DNA of 64,000 bases from a virus (taxonomy: Duplodnaviria > Caudoviricetes): IMG/VR virus record IMGVR_UViG_3300035501_000578, positions 32,001 to 96,000 of that record; one strand, given 5' to 3'. Under the pieces are notes generated by a model, which saw nothing but the letters and a program-made list of their open reading frames with translations, did not search any database and was not told where the DNA came from. Shown here in pieces: positions 30,728 through 40,770 of this stretch; within the stretch, counting starts at the first letter, position 1; each line of letters starts with the position of its first letter. The translations under genes and the position numbers were made by a program.

Positions 30728-30806
30728 CGCCAACCATCAGACTCGAACTGACAAAAGCCCATCTACCACAACCGACAAGCCGTTTTCCCATTTAAACTAC
30801 ATTGGT
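30728..30806 (-). pseudogene. Degenerate tRNA-like element
   Basis: T-arm TCAG-TTCGAGT-CTGA and D-arm-like TAGTTTAAATGGGAAAAC; anticodon arm aberrant. Confidence 0.5.
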
Positions 30807-30911
30807 ACACTATATATTTCTCTATTTCAATTTCATTCCAAACAAAAAAGAGCCGTATAAACGACTCTTTACCGATTGATCGCAAAATCAACCACAACTG
30901 TATTTAATATT

Positions 30912-31085
30912 TTATTGCGGACTTACCTGAACCATCAATTCCTTAGAATCCCTATCAATAGAAACAGAAAAGTCATGCGAATCCATGAACTCTACAATTT
31001 TTCTGTTTTCTTCTGTAACAGGAGTCCTTTTTAATTCTTTTCTTGCAACAAACGGTAATCTAGGCTTTAAAACATATCCATTCAT
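30912..31085 (-). CDS. Small hypothetical protein
   Basis: RBS GGAGG before MNGYVLKP. Confidence 0.55.
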   Translation of the reverse strand: MNGYVLKPRLPFVARKELKRTPVTEENRKIVEFMDSHDFSVSIDRDSKELMVQVSPQ

Positions 31086-31107
31086 ACAATTCCTCCAAAA
31101 ATGATTA

Positions 31108-31353
31108 TTAAAACATACCGCCAAATATAGAATTAAAAGCATCCGTAAAATCAGATTTCCCCTCTTCTAAAACATCAATTAATTTATGCTCACCATATAA
31201 ATTTCTCAATACTTTGAAACTATCAGCTTTTGCTTGCCATAAAGTTTTTTCGTATTCATCGTCTCCATATATACCAACTGGATTTCTACGTTTCCATGAA
31301 GAATCTAAAGCAGCTTTGTATTGTATAAGTTTAGAATATTTACGTTGATTCAT
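31108..31353 (-). CDS. Hypothetical protein
   Basis: ORF with RBS. Confidence 0.6.
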   Translation of the reverse strand: MNQRKYSKLIQYKAALDSSWKRRNPVGIYGDDEYEKTLWQAKADSFKVLRNLYGEHKLIDVLEEGKSDFTDAFNSIFGGMF

Positions 31354-31409
31354 ATTGTTTATCCTTTCAATCTTTATATATATTAAATTTTCTAAATAGA
31401 ACTACACAT

Positions 31410-31625
31410 TTATTTATTCTTATCTTTTCTACGTTTAATATCATCAATAATACAAGAGACAATACCGCCAACCACAATAAACGGCATTATCAAAGATTTA
31501 TATATTATTTGATACCACTTGTCATCATTGTCTAAAACAATTAATGCCCAAGGGAAACAGAATATACCATCTATACATAGATATATAACTAAAAATTTAA
31601 GAATGTAATACCAAATACTAAACAC
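31410..31625 (-). CDS. Small two-TM membrane protein
   Basis: Two hydrophobic helices and a basic tail. Confidence 0.5.
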   Translation of the reverse strand: MFSIWYYILKFLVIYLCIDGIFCFPWALIVLDNDDKWYQIIYKSLIMPFIVVGGIVSCIIDDIKRRKDKNK

Positions 31626-31645
31626 CTCTTTTGTTTATTAATTAG

Positions 31646-31718
31646 TGGAAGCGTTGGGACTTGAACCCAATACGATAGCCATACATTGATACTTGACTTC
31701 GTTACCTAATTCACTCCC
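31646..31718 (-). pseudogene. Degenerate tRNA-like element
   Basis: Acceptor GGGAGTG/CGCTTCC and T-arm TTGGG-TTCAAGT-CCCAA intact; D and anticodon arms decayed. Confidence 0.55.
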
Positions 31719-31929
31719 ATGATAGAAGAGGATGACATCAAATTTCTTCTAAACAACACATTACAGCATCCCAATCAGTGTCATAATATTTACCACATTC
31801 ACTGCAAATATAATGAATTCCATCATCATCACAAATATATTCAGATGCTACATATAATTCTTCTTCATTTTCAATCATATTTTTTATTCTTTCTGAAACA
31901 AAATTTTTATCCAATTTGTGCGTTGCGCA

Positions 31930-31997
31930 AGCCATATCAGGATTCGAACCTGTATTTCCGATTATGTCGGCGTTCTTTCCGTTGACACTAATGACAC
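31930..31997 (-). pseudogene. Degenerate tRNA-like element
   Basis: T-arm CAGG-TTCGAAT-CCTG; shortened anticodon hairpin CCGA-CATAA-TCGG. Confidence 0.5.
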
Positions 31998-32463
31998 GTA
32001 CAAATTGGATAACAGCACAAAGTACTAACTAACTACATCTAGGATTTCCGGTTAATCCACTTCGAGTTAGTTATTATGCTGTGTTCATACTTTAAAAATC
32101 AGTAACAGAGATAATTAATCGCTATTACTTCCAAAACTTATATGATGAGTTTTCAATCGTTATCTTAAAAAACAGCTATAATTATAGTTATCTGTTTATT
32201 GCCGACTCTGACGGTTACTTTATTACAAATAATAATTGTAGTGTGAATTTCACTATGGCTATGCCGCCACAAATCAAGTTTGTCATAATGTGGATTATGC
32301 CATCCAATATATTTTAGTTACCCATGTGAACTGCTCACGAGACTAAAGCCTCGGAGCTTCTTGTTTCTGCCTCAACGGTTATTGTCACACCTTATAGGTA
32401 GTTTTCCCATCAAGTCCACAAGCGTATAAGTTCGGCTAGTTCCTAACCTACTATTTATGTGCC

Positions 32464-33558
32464 TTAGACTATACTTATAAGCCTAAACCCTTCATTTTTT
32501 ATATTTATTGCTGAATTGTAATCTCTATCTATTGTAAGACCACAACACTCACAATGATATATTTTGTCTGATAACTCCATAGGGTGTCTGTTACCACAAC
32601 TTGAGCATAACTGAGTAGATGGAAACCACTTATCTACTTTTACAAGCTGTTTACCTCTGCCTGCAAGTTTATAATCTAACATTGTTAGAAACATACCATT
32701 TCCGTTATCCATTGTGGCTTTACCGTTGCCAAAACCTTTATTAGACATAGCTTTCATATCAAGAGTTTCTACGCATACAATATCGTACTGATTGGCTATC
32801 TCAGTAGACTTTTTGTGCAAAAAATCTTTTCTCTGGTTTGATATATGAGTATGTATCTTAGATATATTTTTCTGTTGTTTATAATAATTATTGCTGCCTA
32901 TCTTTTTATGTCTTAATTTTCTTTGTGCTTTAGCAAGTCCGTCCTGAGACGTCCTGTAATATTTAGGGTTTCCACATACATTACCCTCGCTGTCAGCATA
33001 CAGTCCGTCTGACTTATAATCTAAGCCGATACACTGAGTTCCTGTTGATTTTACAATCACGGTATCGTATTCAAAAAGAACCGATACATAATATTTACCG
33101 TCACTGCTTTGTGATATGGTTGCAGATTTAAGTACCCAGTCTGTATCTGGTTTTCTGTGTATCTTAGCTTTTACAACACCAAGTTTAGGTAGTTTTATGC
33201 CTTTGTCATAAATGGTAACTGAACCCTTCTGGTTATTGGTAGTATAGGCTTTCTTACTGTGTTTAGCCGACTTATACTTTGGGAAACCTGTCTTTGGGTT
33301 AGTGAAGAAGTTTTTGTATGCTGTCTGTAAGTATATCTGAACATTTGCAAGAGCCAAAGAGTCTACTTCCTTTAAGTATGTATATTCTTTCTTATACTGA
33401 GCAGGTGTAGTCTGTAACATCTGTTTGTTTATCTGATAGTAAGCTATTTTATCAGCAAGCATTAAGTTCCATATCTTACGGCAACAGCCAAATGTCTTAG
33501 CAAATAAGATTTTCTGTTCTTCTGTCGGATATAATCTGTATTTGATTGCTTTATTCAT
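32464..33558 (-). CDS. tnpB: RNA-guided nuclease TnpB
   Basis: MNKAIKYRLYPTEEQ; RuvC motifs IGLD, VETL, DRDYNSAINI; Zn ribbon; own RBS GGAGGT. Confidence 0.92.
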   Translation of the reverse strand: MNKAIKYRLYPTEEQKILFAKTFGCCRKIWNLMLADKIAYYQINKQMLQTTPAQYKKEYTYLKEVDSLALANVQIYLQTAYKNFFTNPKTGFPKYKSAKHSKKAYTTNNQKGSVTIYDKGIKLPKLGVVKAKIHRKPDTDWVLKSATISQSSDGKYYVSVLFEYDTVIVKSTGTQCIGLDYKSDGLYADSEGNVCGNPKYYRTSQDGLAKAQRKLRHKKIGSNNYYKQQKNISKIHTHISNQRKDFLHKKSTEIANQYDIVCVETLDMKAMSNKGFGNGKATMDNGNGMFLTMLDYKLAGRGKQLVKVDKWFPSTQLCSSCGNRHPMELSDKIYHCECCGLTIDRDYNSAINIKNEGFRLISIV

Positions 33559-33968
33559 AACTACACCTCCTTGATTTTCTATATACTCTTTGAGAGTCTT
33601 TTCACTAACATTACCTACTGAACAAATAAAATAACCGTCTGTCCAGAAGGTATGCTCTTTCCAAAAATAATTACTAAGATATGCTGAATATTTTTGCCAT
33701 ATATGATAAGTTGTATAGCTTTTCATAGTCCTAACAAAATCTGATAAGTTTATGTTTAGTCTGGTTTCTATCATATAATGAATATGGTCTTTGTCTATTT
33801 CCATATACTTTATAGAAACATTATGTTTAGAACATATCTCTCTTGATAATCTTTTTATATCATTAGCAATATACTGATTTATCAATAGCTTTTTCTGTAT
33901 TTACATACAAATATAAGATGATACTGTAACAAATATTTATTATGACTTGCAGATTTCCAATTACCCAT
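33559..33968 (-). pseudogene. tnpA: Y1 transposase TnpA, frameshifted
   Basis: YHLIFVCKYRK then a frameshift in an A5 run near 33894; DHIH HUH motif and YIENQG. No stop before tnpB. Confidence 0.8.
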
Positions 33969-34427
33969 AAGCATTACCTCCTATGAATAATAGAAATGTC
34001 TGAGTTTATTACAACACAATCTGAGTTTTTATGTGCCGATTCATTCCACGAACCTAAAGGTTCGGGGAGTTCTTGGCACTATGCTTAAATAATCTTCCAG
34101 TCTTCTTACAAGAATCAAGAAATTCATCAGAAACCAAATGACTATTGTATTCTCTAGGATTGATTGGGGATGATAGAATATTTTTGTTGTGTTTTCTATA
34201 TCTATCCATAGTTTTTTTAAAATTTTCATTGTTCTGGTTTAGAAATTTATCTGCTTCTTGTGAGCTGAGAATGAAAGTATGATTTATTTCTATAGTTTGT
34301 TTCATAATATCAACTTCTTTTTTATTCTTTTCTTTGATTGATAAAATTTGGGATTAAGATTGTTTTAATTAGACATATATGGCGTGATAAGTGGGAGATA
34401 GAAGAGTAAGTGGACAGATGTGGCGAG

Positions 34428-35381
34428 TTAGATAATTATTGAATCTTTGATTTTTCTAACCTTAGTCGTGTCTGTTTTAAGATAGAACTTTTTCGTGACA
34501 TCAGTACCGGAATGATTCAACATAGTTGAAATATCCTCAAGACTGACTCCCTCAGATTTCATGAGGTTACTATAAGTGTGGCGAAAATCATGACAGTGAA
34601 GTGTAGGCTCACCAATCATCTTACCAATCTTTTTACACCAATCATTCAATGTACCATTAGCAATAGGTTTCTCTGGAGTAACATATGGACTTAAAAATAC
34701 CCAACCATAATCATCTATATTGTTTTCTTTTCTATATTCAACAAGTCTCTCTAAATATCCTTTTGCTTCTTGTGAAAAACTTAATTCTACAATTTTCCCT
34801 TCTTTTTCTAATACACCAGAAAATATACGTTCTTCCCAGTCAATTTGTTCCCATCTTAAATGTGCAATTGCATTTACTCTTCCCATAGTAGTAAGAGATA
34901 CAAATGCATATGCTTGAAATTGAATATCTCCATATTCTTCCAACTTTTCACGCATAAGTTGTACTTCTTCTTTTGTAAGATATGTTTGAACAACAATAGC
35001 TTGTCCCTGTTTCGGACGCTCAATAAATTCAACCGGAGATTCTTTTATTAATTTCTTTTTCCGTAAAAATTTATAAAAAGCAGAAATAGAAGACATTACA
35101 CGCTTTTGTCTATTTACATTATTTCCTTGCTGCTTTCTCCAGTAGTAATATTCGATTATGTCATCGTCTGTCGCTTCTAATACACTTAAATTAAATTGAT
35201 TATCATGCATAAAGATAAACCACTGCATTAAATCTGTATTATATCCATAGACTGTGTTATGTGATAAATCACGAATTGACATATCTATTTGATATTTCTG
35301 AAACAGTTTTAATGTCTCAGGATTTATCTGTTTTGCCTTTTCTTCGTCATATAAACAAATTCTTTTACTTCGTTCAGCCAT
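34428..35381 (-). CDS. Tyrosine recombinase (XerC/D-like)
   Basis: R (MGRVNA), HDFRH, LNH and Y (KKFY) catalytic residues. Confidence 0.9.
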   Translation of the reverse strand: MAERSKRICLYDEEKAKQINPETLKLFQKYQIDMSIRDLSHNTVYGYNTDLMQWFIFMHDNQFNLSVLEATDDDIIEYYYWRKQQGNNVNRQKRVMSSISAFYKFLRKKKLIKESPVEFIERPKQGQAIVVQTYLTKEEVQLMREKLEEYGDIQFQAYAFVSLTTMGRVNAIAHLRWEQIDWEERIFSGVLEKEGKIVELSFSQEAKGYLERLVEYRKENNIDDYGWVFLSPYVTPEKPIANGTLNDWCKKIGKMIGEPTLHCHDFRHTYSNLMKSEGVSLEDISTMLNHSGTDVTKKFYLKTDTTKVRKIKDSIII

Positions 35382-35428
35382 CTATTTCCTCCTTTCACTC
35401 AAATAAAAAAGAAACAGTAATAGTAATT

Positions 35429-36457
35429 CTAAAATGCTTCTTGTTTTCTCATTTCTATATATTCATAAATTTGTTCTGGTGTATTATTTCTTTCTCCATA
35501 AATTGAATGAAAACTGTTTGGATAATTTATAAGATGACATGGTTCACATAGAGTAGTCCCATTTGTCACTTCGTATCTTAAATTCTCATACTCTGCAAAA
35601 TTATATAAATGATGAGCATTTAAATTACCACCACGTTTACCACAACATTGGCAAGTATAATTATCTCTTTTAAAGACTTTCCGTTGCCATTCTTTATAAT
35701 AAGTATTATTTCTAGCCATATGTTGTTCTGTAGTAGAAAATCCATCAAAATCTTCAACTGAAATTCCACGCTGCCTACAAGAAGATTTAATTCTATTTTC
35801 CATTGTAGATTGCGACAATCTCACTTTTTCATATCCATCTTTTTCGTTATAGTAAATAGATAATAATTCACTTCTGTTTGGTATTTGATATCCGTAAGAA
35901 CGAATAACATTGATAACAGTATTTCCAGTTAAACCATACATATCTCCGATTTCTTCAGAAGTCTTATGTTGCTTAAAATACAAATCTTCAATAACATCTT
36001 TTGTTAATTTCTCTGTTTTTGATTTATATTTATTATTTAATTGAAAATATGAAATCCACTCTCTAAGCGTTCTTTGGTTAATACCGCATTCTTTTGCAAT
36101 ATCATTAGCATCTCTGCCTTTTACAATATATTCACTATATAGCCAATCTTTGTTTCTGTATGGGATTTCAACGAATATTAAATTTCCATTCTCATCTCTT
36201 GTTTTCTTTTTATGAGTAAGACATTCTGGACAGCAATATGTATTTCCACGTAAATGTAGATAATCTTTCCAAATAATTTGTTTCAATTTTCTACAATAAT
36301 CACATTGTATCGTGACTTCTTGTACGGAACCATTACTTAAATCATTAACATCAATTTCAAATTCATCACCATAATTAGTAAATATATATCCACACTCAAT
36401 ATAATGCTTTTTATTCGCTGGAAACCATTTTACTTTTAGTTTTTTTGTAATTAACAT
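35429..36457 (-). CDS. HNH homing endonuclease
   Basis: VFKRDNYTCQCCG...NAHH...NGTTLCEPCH. Confidence 0.85.
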   Translation of the reverse strand: MLITKKLKVKWFPANKKHYIECGYIFTNYGDEFEIDVNDLSNGSVQEVTIQCDYCRKLKQIIWKDYLHLRGNTYCCPECLTHKKKTRDENGNLIFVEIPYRNKDWLYSEYIVKGRDANDIAKECGINQRTLREWISYFQLNNKYKSKTEKLTKDVIEDLYFKQHKTSEEIGDMYGLTGNTVINVIRSYGYQIPNRSELLSIYYNEKDGYEKVRLSQSTMENRIKSSCRQRGISVEDFDGFSTTEQHMARNNTYYKEWQRKVFKRDNYTCQCCGKRGGNLNAHHLYNFAEYENLRYEVTNGTTLCEPCHLINYPNSFHSIYGERNNTPEQIYEYIEMRKQEAF

Positions 36458-36489
36458 TTTCACAACTTTCTTCACACTTAAAATATAAA

Positions 36490-36556
36490 GAGAGGGCGAT
36501 AGGAAAGTGTGTGAATACTATCATTCAATGAGTTCATGACGCTCATTTATCCTCTC
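36490..36556 (-). promoter_or_regulatory. Structured leader upstream of the HNH gene (copy 2)
   Basis: Same architecture as 30658-30722. Confidence 0.55.
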
Positions 36557-36665
36557 AATAAAAAGAAGACTAGCCTTTGACAACTAATCTTCCTAAAAAA
36601 TATGTTTAAAACAATCAAAAAAGCCTATGACCTTTGACAGTCATAGACCCTACATATATAATTCC

Positions 36666-37346
36666 TTATAAATACAAAACTTTTCTCCATTCATTCAATT
36701 CATCCTGGATAGCAGAGTATTTCAGTAATATATCACGCACAGAATCTTCATACATATCATCTATGCGCTTAACTACCTTATCAAATTCTTCCTTACTAAC
36801 AGCCTTACCATTTACTTTATAAGAACTTTCATTCTCATTTTCAGTAGTAACTGCTATATTATCTGACTTATTTTTATCTTTATCTATATCAACAGAATCT
36901 TTACATTTATACTTATCAGGACAATTTTCGCAATCTGAACCTGTTTCATAATCAATGCTTACTTCATAGATTTTTCTTCCTTCTAATGATTTAAGTAATT
37001 TTGAAGAACAATTATCAAATACATAACAAATATTTGATTCATCTATAAGATACTTTTCGTTATCTCTTAACATAGGTTCAACCCATATTTCGCCATCAGG
37101 ATTACTAAAACCTGTTAATGAACAAATATATTCATCATCATATCCGTTACACTCAACATCATCTATCTCAATGGAATGTATATAAAAACCTGAACGTATA
37201 AGTAACTCAATTACACGTATCATTTCTTCATATTTTGCAATTATACTTATTTCATTATCTTCAATATTCAAATCTTTAATTATGTCAAATTTATATGATA
37301 CTTCTTCAACGAAATCTACGTAGTTATCAAATTCCAATCTTTCCAT
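36666..37346 (-). CDS. Acidic hypothetical protein
   Basis: RBS GAGGT before MERLEF. Confidence 0.65.
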   Translation of the reverse strand: MERLEFDNYVDFVEEVSYKFDIIKDLNIEDNEISIIAKYEEMIRVIELLIRSGFYIHSIEIDDVECNGYDDEYICSLTGFSNPDGEIWVEPMLRDNEKYLIDESNICYVFDNCSSKLLKSLEGRKIYEVSIDYETGSDCENCPDKYKCKDSVDIDKDKNKSDNIAVTTENENESSYKVNGKAVSKEEFDKVVKRIDDMYEDSVRDILLKYSAIQDELNEWRKVLYL

Positions 37347-37359
37347 AATACAGTACCTC

Positions 37360-37632
37360 TTAGATTTCTTTGAATACCTTACTAAGCTTGACAGTAACAA
37401 CATCTTTAGGTTCAGTTGTCCATTCTCTTTCTGTATCACCAATTCTAGTAACACCTGATTTTGCATCGACATGTTTCTTGTCAAATGAAACAAAGCCTGA
37501 TAGAGATACCTTTTCGCCAGATACAACAGTATCCTTAATCACATCCTGTAATGCATCTATAACTGTAAGTATATTCTTCTGTGACAATTCTGTTCTGTTT
37601 GCAATTTCCTTAACTATTCCCTGTTTATTCAT
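37360..37632 (-). CDS. HU-family DNA-binding protein
   Basis: MNKQGIVKEIANRTELSQK...GEKVSLSGFVSF. Confidence 0.88.
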   Translation of the reverse strand: MNKQGIVKEIANRTELSQKNILTVIDALQDVIKDTVVSGEKVSLSGFVSFDKKHVDAKSGVTRIGDTEREWTTEPKDVVTVKLSKVFKEI

Positions 37633-37821
37633 GTTTCCTTTATCTCCTTTTAAAAATTTTTCATAAAAATAGAAGAGTAGTTATTAACCACTCTTCTAAA
37701 AAATTAAACTGTTATAATTCTGTACTTAGACATATCTATGTATTTCCTAACAAATTCCGTCGCCTTTTCAACAGGAATAATAATTTCATCATAGATTTCT
37801 GCTCCTAATGGTTTAGATATG

Positions 37822-38061
37822 TCAATGATTATAATCCTCAACATTATTCGAATCCCTCCAATCTAAACAAAAAATATCAGTTACATCCATGTGTAATGCA
37901 TGAGCAATAGATATCATTGTAGATTGTTTTGGGTCTGTCTTATGATTAGCAATATTATTGAGAGTAGATATAGAAAGTCCACATAATCTACTTAGTTCCC
38001 TGTAAGTCATATTTTTCTCAAAAAGTATTATTGATAATCTATTCTTTGCATACATATACAT
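37822..38061 (-). CDS. XRE-family HTH regulator
   Basis: MTYRELSRLCGLSISTLNNIAN...IAHAL. Confidence 0.85.
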   Translation of the reverse strand: MYMYAKNRLSIILFEKNMTYRELSRLCGLSISTLNNIANHKTDPKQSTMISIAHALHMDVTDIFCLDWRDSNNVEDYNH

Positions 38062-38114
38062 ACTCCTTGTTAAGAAGTATGCTTATTTCCAATTAGAAAT
38101 ATTATAGGAATATA

Positions 38115-38324
38115 TTACCTAATTTCTTGTTCGTTTTGGAGAACAATTTCATCTATATCTGTTTCACATAATCTTTCCATTGCTAACAACTGTGCAGAAA
38201 CAGAAGTGGACATATCTACCAATTTTCCCAGACTTTTTACATCTTCAAACTCAGTAAGACAGATTAACTTCTTTAAATGTTGAAGAATTTCTTCCATACA
38301 TTCTTTGTTTATATTATTTTCCAT
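38115..38324 (-). CDS. Hypothetical protein
   Basis: Coupled ORF. Confidence 0.55.
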   Translation of the reverse strand: MENNINKECMEEILQHLKKLICLTEFEDVKSLGKLVDMSTSVSAQLLAMERLCETDIDEIVLQNEQEIR

Positions 38325-38826
38325 TTTTACTATCTAACAAAAATTTTTCTACATCATATCTGTAATTTACCTTTAATTTTTTCTTCTCAATTTTGATTGG
38401 ATTACCAAATTTTAACAAGTCACTCTCGTTAAATGATTTTTTATCCAGATTATTTATCATACTCATAAAATCATCTATTGAACAAAAATACGTACAATCG
38501 CTTAATCTAAAATCCAATATGAATCCACTTATAATATTTGTATACGTAGAAAATTTTATTAAATTTTCAATTTGATGCTTATGTATAACATCATTATCTG
38601 TTTTTTCTCTCTCAAACGAAATTGATTTTGTTCCAACCGTTTTTAATTCAAGTGTATATAGCACCTTTCCATCGTATATAAAACAATCACATGGGGATTT
38701 AGCACTAAATCTTAAATTTTGGTTATTTCCAAAACTTTGCGCACTATCAGGAGGTCGGTAATAAAACACATTATCTGGTATGGATTTCTTCCAATTTTGT
38801 TCAAAAACTTTACCAACATTTTTAAT
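38314..38826 (-). CDS. RecU-like Holliday junction resolvase (probable ATT start)
   Basis: GKVFE...PCD...LELK...HKHQI; the frame extends upstream of the ORF-track start to an ATT with RBS GGGTGA. Confidence 0.75.
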   Translation of the reverse strand: MKNVGKVFEQNWKKSIPDNVFYYRPPDSAQSFGNNQNLRFSAKSPCDCFIYDGKVLYTLELKTVGTKSISFEREKTDNDVIHKHQIENLIKFSTYTNIISGFILDFRLSDCTYFCSIDDFMSMINNLDKKSFNESDLLKFGNPIKIEKKKLKVNYRYDVEKFLLDSKNGK

Positions 38827-38832
38827 AGAAAA

Positions 38833-39450
38833 TCACCCTACATTTTTATCCTTATTTTCTTCTTTGATTACTTTGCTTTTTGCAGGAAGAATAGGTAGAT
38901 TATTTATACAATAATTATATTTTGCTTCTGCTCCGTGATTTCCATTAATAGATTTATAAGCATTAAACAACCTTACAAAATCCTCATATTCATCTTCAGG
39001 AATACCCTTTAAATCATTAATATAATAGCGTGTTTTCTGTCCAATACGGTCACACATTTCTTCCATCATGGCATTCCTTTGTGTATTATTCAATTCTATA
39101 ATTTTTTCGATTAATAAGGATAGTTCTTTCTGTTCTGATTTTATTTCTGATACAGACTGTTTTATTTCAACCATGAAATTTGATAAATTATTTTTTATCT
39201 CTTTGTCATGTTTAATGGATTGCTCTACACTTTCCTTATGTTCTTTTTGTAACAAAGCAAGGTCTTTAGTGGTTTGGGTAAGTAATTCATGGTCTTCACG
39301 CTTTTTCTTTATCCAATTTGTTTCAATACCAAATTTAGTTATGAACCACTCAAATAATGATATAATTGCTTTAATTCCAACTAGAATGATAAAGACCGAT
39401 ATTAGAAGAGAAGAGAAGTCTTGTTTAAATAATTCTAATATTTCTTCCAT
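38833..39450 (-). CDS. Membrane-anchored coiled-coil protein of the lysis module
   Basis: N-terminal TM helix; next to the holin and endolysin. Confidence 0.55.
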   Translation of the reverse strand: MEEILELFKQDFSSLLISVFIILVGIKAIISLFEWFITKFGIETNWIKKKREDHELLTQTTKDLALLQKEHKESVEQSIKHDKEIKNNLSNFMVEIKQSVSEIKSEQKELSLLIEKIIELNNTQRNAMMEEMCDRIGQKTRYYINDLKGIPEDEYEDFVRLFNAYKSINGNHGAEAKYNYCINNLPILPAKSKVIKEENKDKNVG

Positions 39451-39467
39451 TTCATATAATACCGCCT

Positions 39468-39851
39468 TTAACTATTCTTTAAGTCATAAAGAGCAGTATC
39501 GATCAAACTATCAAGATATTCTTCAAAATCAGAATTTTCTTCTTTAAGAGATTGATATATAGCAATTGGAAGTCCCTGAATAGCCTTATCTTTTGCAATT
39601 TCTTTAACATTATTCTGTGCATCTTCATTCCAATTATCAGTACCCTTTATATCTTTAACAATTGTTTCATAAACACTTTTGCATGACTCAACTACTTTTG
39701 TATAAAGTATGTCATTATTTTTCTGAATTCGTTTGGATTTAATGTAATTAGAAAATTGTGTACCTATGTATGTAAGTATAGGTAACAAAATAGCAGTCCA
39801 AAGTGTATAAATTACAGAACTCCAATCTAAATTTTCAATAAATTCTTTCAT
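39468..39851 (-). CDS. Putative holin
   Basis: Single N-terminal TM helix, 127 aa, directly after the endolysin. Confidence 0.55.
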   Translation of the reverse strand: MKEFIENLDWSSVIYTLWTAILLPILTYIGTQFSNYIKSKRIQKNNDILYTKVVESCKSVYETIVKDIKGTDNWNEDAQNNVKEIAKDKAIQGLPIAIYQSLKEENSDFEEYLDSLIDTALYDLKNS

Positions 39852-39867
39852 AATTCATACACCTCCA

Positions 39868-40770
39868 TCAAGACAAATTAAGCAATTTTTTCCAAGTCGC
39901 ACATTTAGCATCAATAATTCCGTCACAATTTTTAGCTGATGCTTTTACTACATTTTTCTGATAAAGCTTCACTGCATCTTCAGACAAACTACCAAAATCC
40001 CTATCCGGTGTTCCTTTATAATAACCTAATGCTTTAAGATATTTCTGGATTGGTAATACTAAAGCATGTTTTGAATTTTTGGATTTACTTATTGTAATAG
40101 TCTTTTCAAGTGCTGCTTTTGCTGTTTTCACATTAAGAATTGAACATACATCTTTAATAAAATCTGATTGTGTATATTTAGTAGATGAAGCTGATGTAAG
40201 AGTAGTAGACCCATTAGAAGTTGCAGATTCTACACCTGTTACAACAATTCCTATATGACAAGGACTTCCAGAACTGTCCTTAAAAATTATTACATCACCA
40301 AATGTTGATTTTGAATAATCTGTAATTTTAGTTGCACCTGCTTTTGCAAAATAACCATTAGAAGTTGTGCAAGAAGCTGACCAGTCATATAAAAGTTCTT
40401 TTGCTCTTTTTACACCTAACGCCCTAATGAACATGTCATCTTCAAACATATCACACCAAGCATATCCATTTACATAGACACCACTTCCTGTTGCATTTTT
40501 TGCATGAGGTGCAAACATATTGTAATTATTATATCCGGCGTTAGCTTTAAAATCTTCAAGTTGACTATTTGATTTCTTTTCAAGATAGCCAACATACTTT
40601 AATGCTTCCTGAGCGACTTTTAATGCTTCACCTGACTTATATTTAGGTCGCCAAATAGTATATATACGAGAATATGAACTATTATAACTTTTCTTGGCAA
40701 CACCACCACCATTGGCTACTAGAGTGCTGCCACCAGAGGTATTACCCTCAACTGTGTATATTGTACTCAT
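39868..40770 (-). CDS. Endolysin: permuted CHAP domain plus peptidoglycan-binding domain
   Basis: AWCD and HIGIV catalytic motifs; C-terminal IQKYLKALGY...FG..SEDAVKLYQ...DGIID..TW. Confidence 0.8.
   Translation of the reverse strand: MSTIYTVEGNTSGGSTLVANGGGVAKKSYNSSYSRIYTIWRPKYKSGEALKVAQEALKYVGYLEKKSNSQLEDFKANAGYNNYNMFAPHAKNATGSGVYVNGYAWCDMFEDDMFIRALGVKRAKELLYDWSASCTTSNGYFAKAGATKITDYSKSTFGDVIIFKDSSGSPCHIGIVVTGVESATSNGSTTLTSASSTKYTQSDFIKDVCSILNVKTAKAALEKTITISKSKNSKHALVLPIQKYLKALGYYKGTPDRDFGSLSEDAVKLYQKNVVKASAKNCDGIIDAKCATWKKLLNLS

Larger units (their letters stand above)
32326..34085 (-). mobile_element. IS200/IS605-family element (tnpA plus tnpB)
   Basis: Left-end hairpin CGAACC-TTTA-GGTTCG; right-end hairpin CGAGGC-TTTA-GTCTCG ending in TTCAC at 32326. 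The left boundary is approximate. Confidence 0.88.

Noticed and set aside
32464-33885. A single 473-aa transposase as given in the ORF track
   Set aside because: It is the C-terminal part of frameshifted tnpA plus tnpB, which has its own RBS and ATG at 33558.
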